From IMG/VR virus record IMGVR_UViG_3300037418_001469: a DNA stretch of 64,000 nt. One strand, written 5' to 3'. The translations under genes were made by a program, and so were the position numbers. The first letter of the stretch is position 1; each line of letters opens with the position of its first letter. A model generated the notes under the pieces. The model worked only from the letters and a program-made list of their open reading frames with translations, was not told the origin of the DNA and did not search any database. This document shows, in pieces, positions 61,368 to 64,000 of this stretch. The stretch comes from a virus.

Positions 61368-62093
61368 TTGATAGGTATGACATTTAAAATTGAGGGACAA
61401 TGTGTAGCTTGTGAAAATATGGCAGTAGATGAAGTACTAGATGAGACTATGGTAGAATATTTGAGTGTGTGTGACGATTGCTACAAAGAAGTATTTATCA
61501 ATGTTGCTAATAGTGGGGAGCAATATTTCTTTGAGTGGGCAGAAGAAATGTATGGTACGGAAAAAGCAGTAGGACTAACAAGTGAAATTTTTGGTCAAGA
61601 GTCTACTATTAGATTAGGAGTTGAAGATATGGGTAAAAAGCGGAAAAGAAAAGAAAATGAAAGAATGATAACTATGTTTACTTATGGCATATTAAAATAT
61701 CCTTACAACATTAAACGTGAAGGCGGTATAAATATAGTCGAAAATTCGTTTATAAGAGGACATAAAATGCATCTTTATGCTAGTTCGTTCCCTATTACTA
61801 GAATGACTAATGATGATACAGATTTTGTTTATGGCACACTATTTGAAGTACCTGAAAGTCAAGTATTATACTCTTATGATTTTACAGAAGGATATAACCC
61901 TAAAGCACACCCTTCTATGAATATGTATAATAGAATAGAGGTTGAAGTAGTTAAGCCTAATGGTGAAATTGTAATTGCTAATATGTATTATGCTAATCAA
62001 AGACAGTTTGCCCAACATTTGAATAATAACACATGGATTCCTACAGGAAATTTTGATGATAGACAAATGGCTAAGTCATACAAAAGGAAGTGA
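61368..62093 (+). CDS. Gamma-glutamylcyclotransferase (AIG2-like); internal start 61629 possible
   Basis: FTYG.LK, VYGTLFEV, D..EG, YNR.EV. Confidence 0.75.
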   Translation: MIGMTFKIEGQCVACENMAVDEVLDETMVEYLSVCDDCYKEVFINVANSGEQYFFEWAEEMYGTEKAVGLTSEIFGQESTIRLGVEDMGKKRKRKENERMITMFTYGILKYPYNIKREGGINIVENSFIRGHKMHLYASSFPITRMTNDDTDFVYGTLFEVPESQVLYSYDFTEGYNPKAHPSMNMYNRIEVEVVKPNGEIVIANMYYANQRQFAQHLNNNTWIPTGNFDDRQMAKSYKRK

Positions 62094-62336
62094 TGCTATG
62101 AAAGATTGTCTAGGTCTTTTCTTACTTGGACTTGGTGGAATATATTTATTCTTCTTATTGATTGTTTGTAACCTATAAAATTAAACTATAAACTTTTAGT
62201 TGACAATTGAAAGTGAGGTATGCTATGATTGAGGTAGCTAATACAGTAGTGATTGCAGTTTGTCTTTGTTGGTTCGGTTCTTATATTGTAATAATAGACT
62301 ATAAGGCAAACAAAAAATTGAAAGAGGGTAGATAAT

Positions 62337-63784
62337 ATGTCAATTAAATTAAACATTGGCGATTCTGTTTATGTAGATAACAATGAAACGTTTATAGTCG
62401 AAAAAAGAACTGTAGGGTATGCACTTGTTGGTTTAAGCGGTGAGACAGTAGCTAAATTTCCTCACCTTGCACAAATACCACATTATCTCAATAGCATATA
62501 TGATACAGTGGAAATAATCAAAAATAAGACTGTAAGTGAGAAAACTAAGGTAGAATATAGTATTATAACAGATGAATTAGAATATGTCGATGGCTTTGAT
62601 GATACTATCTATATGGCACTACAGAACATTGGCAAGATTAAAGGAATGAACATAGAAAAAATGTATCGTGAAGGTATTCTTACTAATGAGATGTTAGCTG
62701 AGATTCGTGTTTTTGTAGTCGAATATTTGAATAAAGTTACAGATAATACTATTGACCTTTCTCCACCTGAAAAAGAATACAAATTAGGTGATGAAGTAAC
62801 CGTATATTATGAAGATACTGTTCAAAATGCTACTATTATATGGTTGTCTGATGAAGAGAAGTATGGTCTATTACTTTACGGTGAGTTTACAGTCGAATAT
62901 TCTACTGCTAATGCAGATTGTGATAGTCCAACTAATTATATCTTGTGGCTACAAAGAAACTATGGTTTAAATATAGAGTAGGAAATTAAACTATTGGAGG
63001 AGATAGTATGAGTATTGAAAATCAGAAAAGATTTTATATTGACTTCAATTCAATTAGAATGTGCTATCCATATGAAATAAGTAAAAGAATTAATGATTTT
63101 GGAGTGTTAGAACAATATAAAGACAAGAAATATACAATGGCAGAGATAAATCAAATAGTTGCAGATTTAATAATGAAGAATCCATATATTAGTAATTCTA
63201 TGTTCATTAAAATTTGTGTTATGAGTGGCATGGGTTATCATCATATATTAGACATTAAGAACTATAATTATAGCAAGCAAGAGCGAACAGATAAAGAGGT
63301 TAGGTTTCAATATTAGAGTAGAATTTTCTACTCTTGGGATTTCAATTTAGTATTATACCTTAAGGAGTGATTACTATGGTCAAATATTCTACCAATATAG
63401 GTGTTACTGTTGTTTGTCTTTCTCCTATTGAAAAAGGTGATGTTATTAATGTTGTTGACAAGAAAGGAAATTCTGTTACTAAGTATGTGGAAAGTATTAA
63501 AGATAATCACTTAGAACTAGAAAGTTACCATATTCAATCAGTCATAATCAAACATTAAACTTTAAGGAGGTGATAACATGTCTCACATAGGAGATGGTAA
63601 GTTGTTTGCTATCGGTGATGCTTTGATGCAATTACAAAAACGCACATGGTGTCATATATCAAGTCGTAGAGAGACAGAAATTCAATTAATTCTTGAGATT
63701 GTTCATAAATTAGATTATAACGTAGAAGTGGACACAACATTAGATGGAGTAACTCGAATCTTTATATCGAATTACCTTGACTAA
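62337..63784 (+). other. Hypothetical early ORFs
   Basis: 62337-62981, 63008-63316, 63367-63558, 63578-63784. Confidence 0.55.
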
Positions 63785-63914
63785 AATGTTAAGGTTGTGG
63801 TAAGATATAATAGTAAACAGTAAGGGATAATGCACCTAGAAAATAAAAAAACAGTTGACAAATGAAAGTTGAATGTGGTAAGATTAAACTAACAAATATT
63901 AAGGAGTGTTGTAA

Positions 63915-64000
63915 ATGAATGAAAAGTTAAAGGTGACACGCACATTAGGATTTGAAATTGAGTGCTTTGCAGATGTACCTTCTCGAACAGATAGTTGGGG
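63915..64000 (+). CDS. 5' end of probable further amidoligase (truncated by window)
   Basis: MNEKLKVTRTLGFEIEC, like RTYGIELE of 59531. Confidence 0.5.
   Translation, partial: MNEKLKVTRTLGFEIECFADVPSRTDSW

Overview
A 64-kb piece of a large, AT-rich tailed phage genome. The host is probably a Bacillaceae member (inferred from sigmaA-type promoters, an alpha/beta SASP gene and a Bacillus-type tRNA-Ile2). 1-18.1 kb (minus strand) is the virion module: terminase, portal fused to a MuF-like domain, protease/scaffold, capsid, head-tail proteins, tail tube and chaperones. 18.3-21.2 kb holds a tyrosine recombinase, a sigma factor and an S1 protein. 21.3-43.8 kb (plus strand) holds middle genes driven by repeated CCTTGACT-N17/18-TATAAT promoters: nucleotide metabolism (thyA, DHFR, TK), an Apyc1-like hydrolase, ClpP, SASP, and a 5.9-kb RNA-rich locus. 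43.9-50.7 kb is small minus-strand genes. 50.7-53.3 kb is a non-coding divergence point with tandem promoters and a ~1-kb structured RNA. 53.3-64 kb is early/host-takeover-like genes (amidoligases, GGCT, alphaCTD-like). The best candidate for an undescribed system is at 25.5-31.5 kb. A TROVE/Ro60-like vWA (DUF2828-type) gene is flanked by five small RNAs that share a closing stem plus an invariant ACAGCAA bulge but carry variable cargo; one is a complete circularly permuted tRNA mimic (YrlA-like Y RNA). They sit among 10 tRNAs and several tRNA-like or large RNAs, and the non-canonical units are punctuated by a recurrent (A/U)ACGU motif. An unannotated 42-aa MazE/EndoAI-like mini-antitoxin lies just upstream. 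All calls are by eye; no searches were run.
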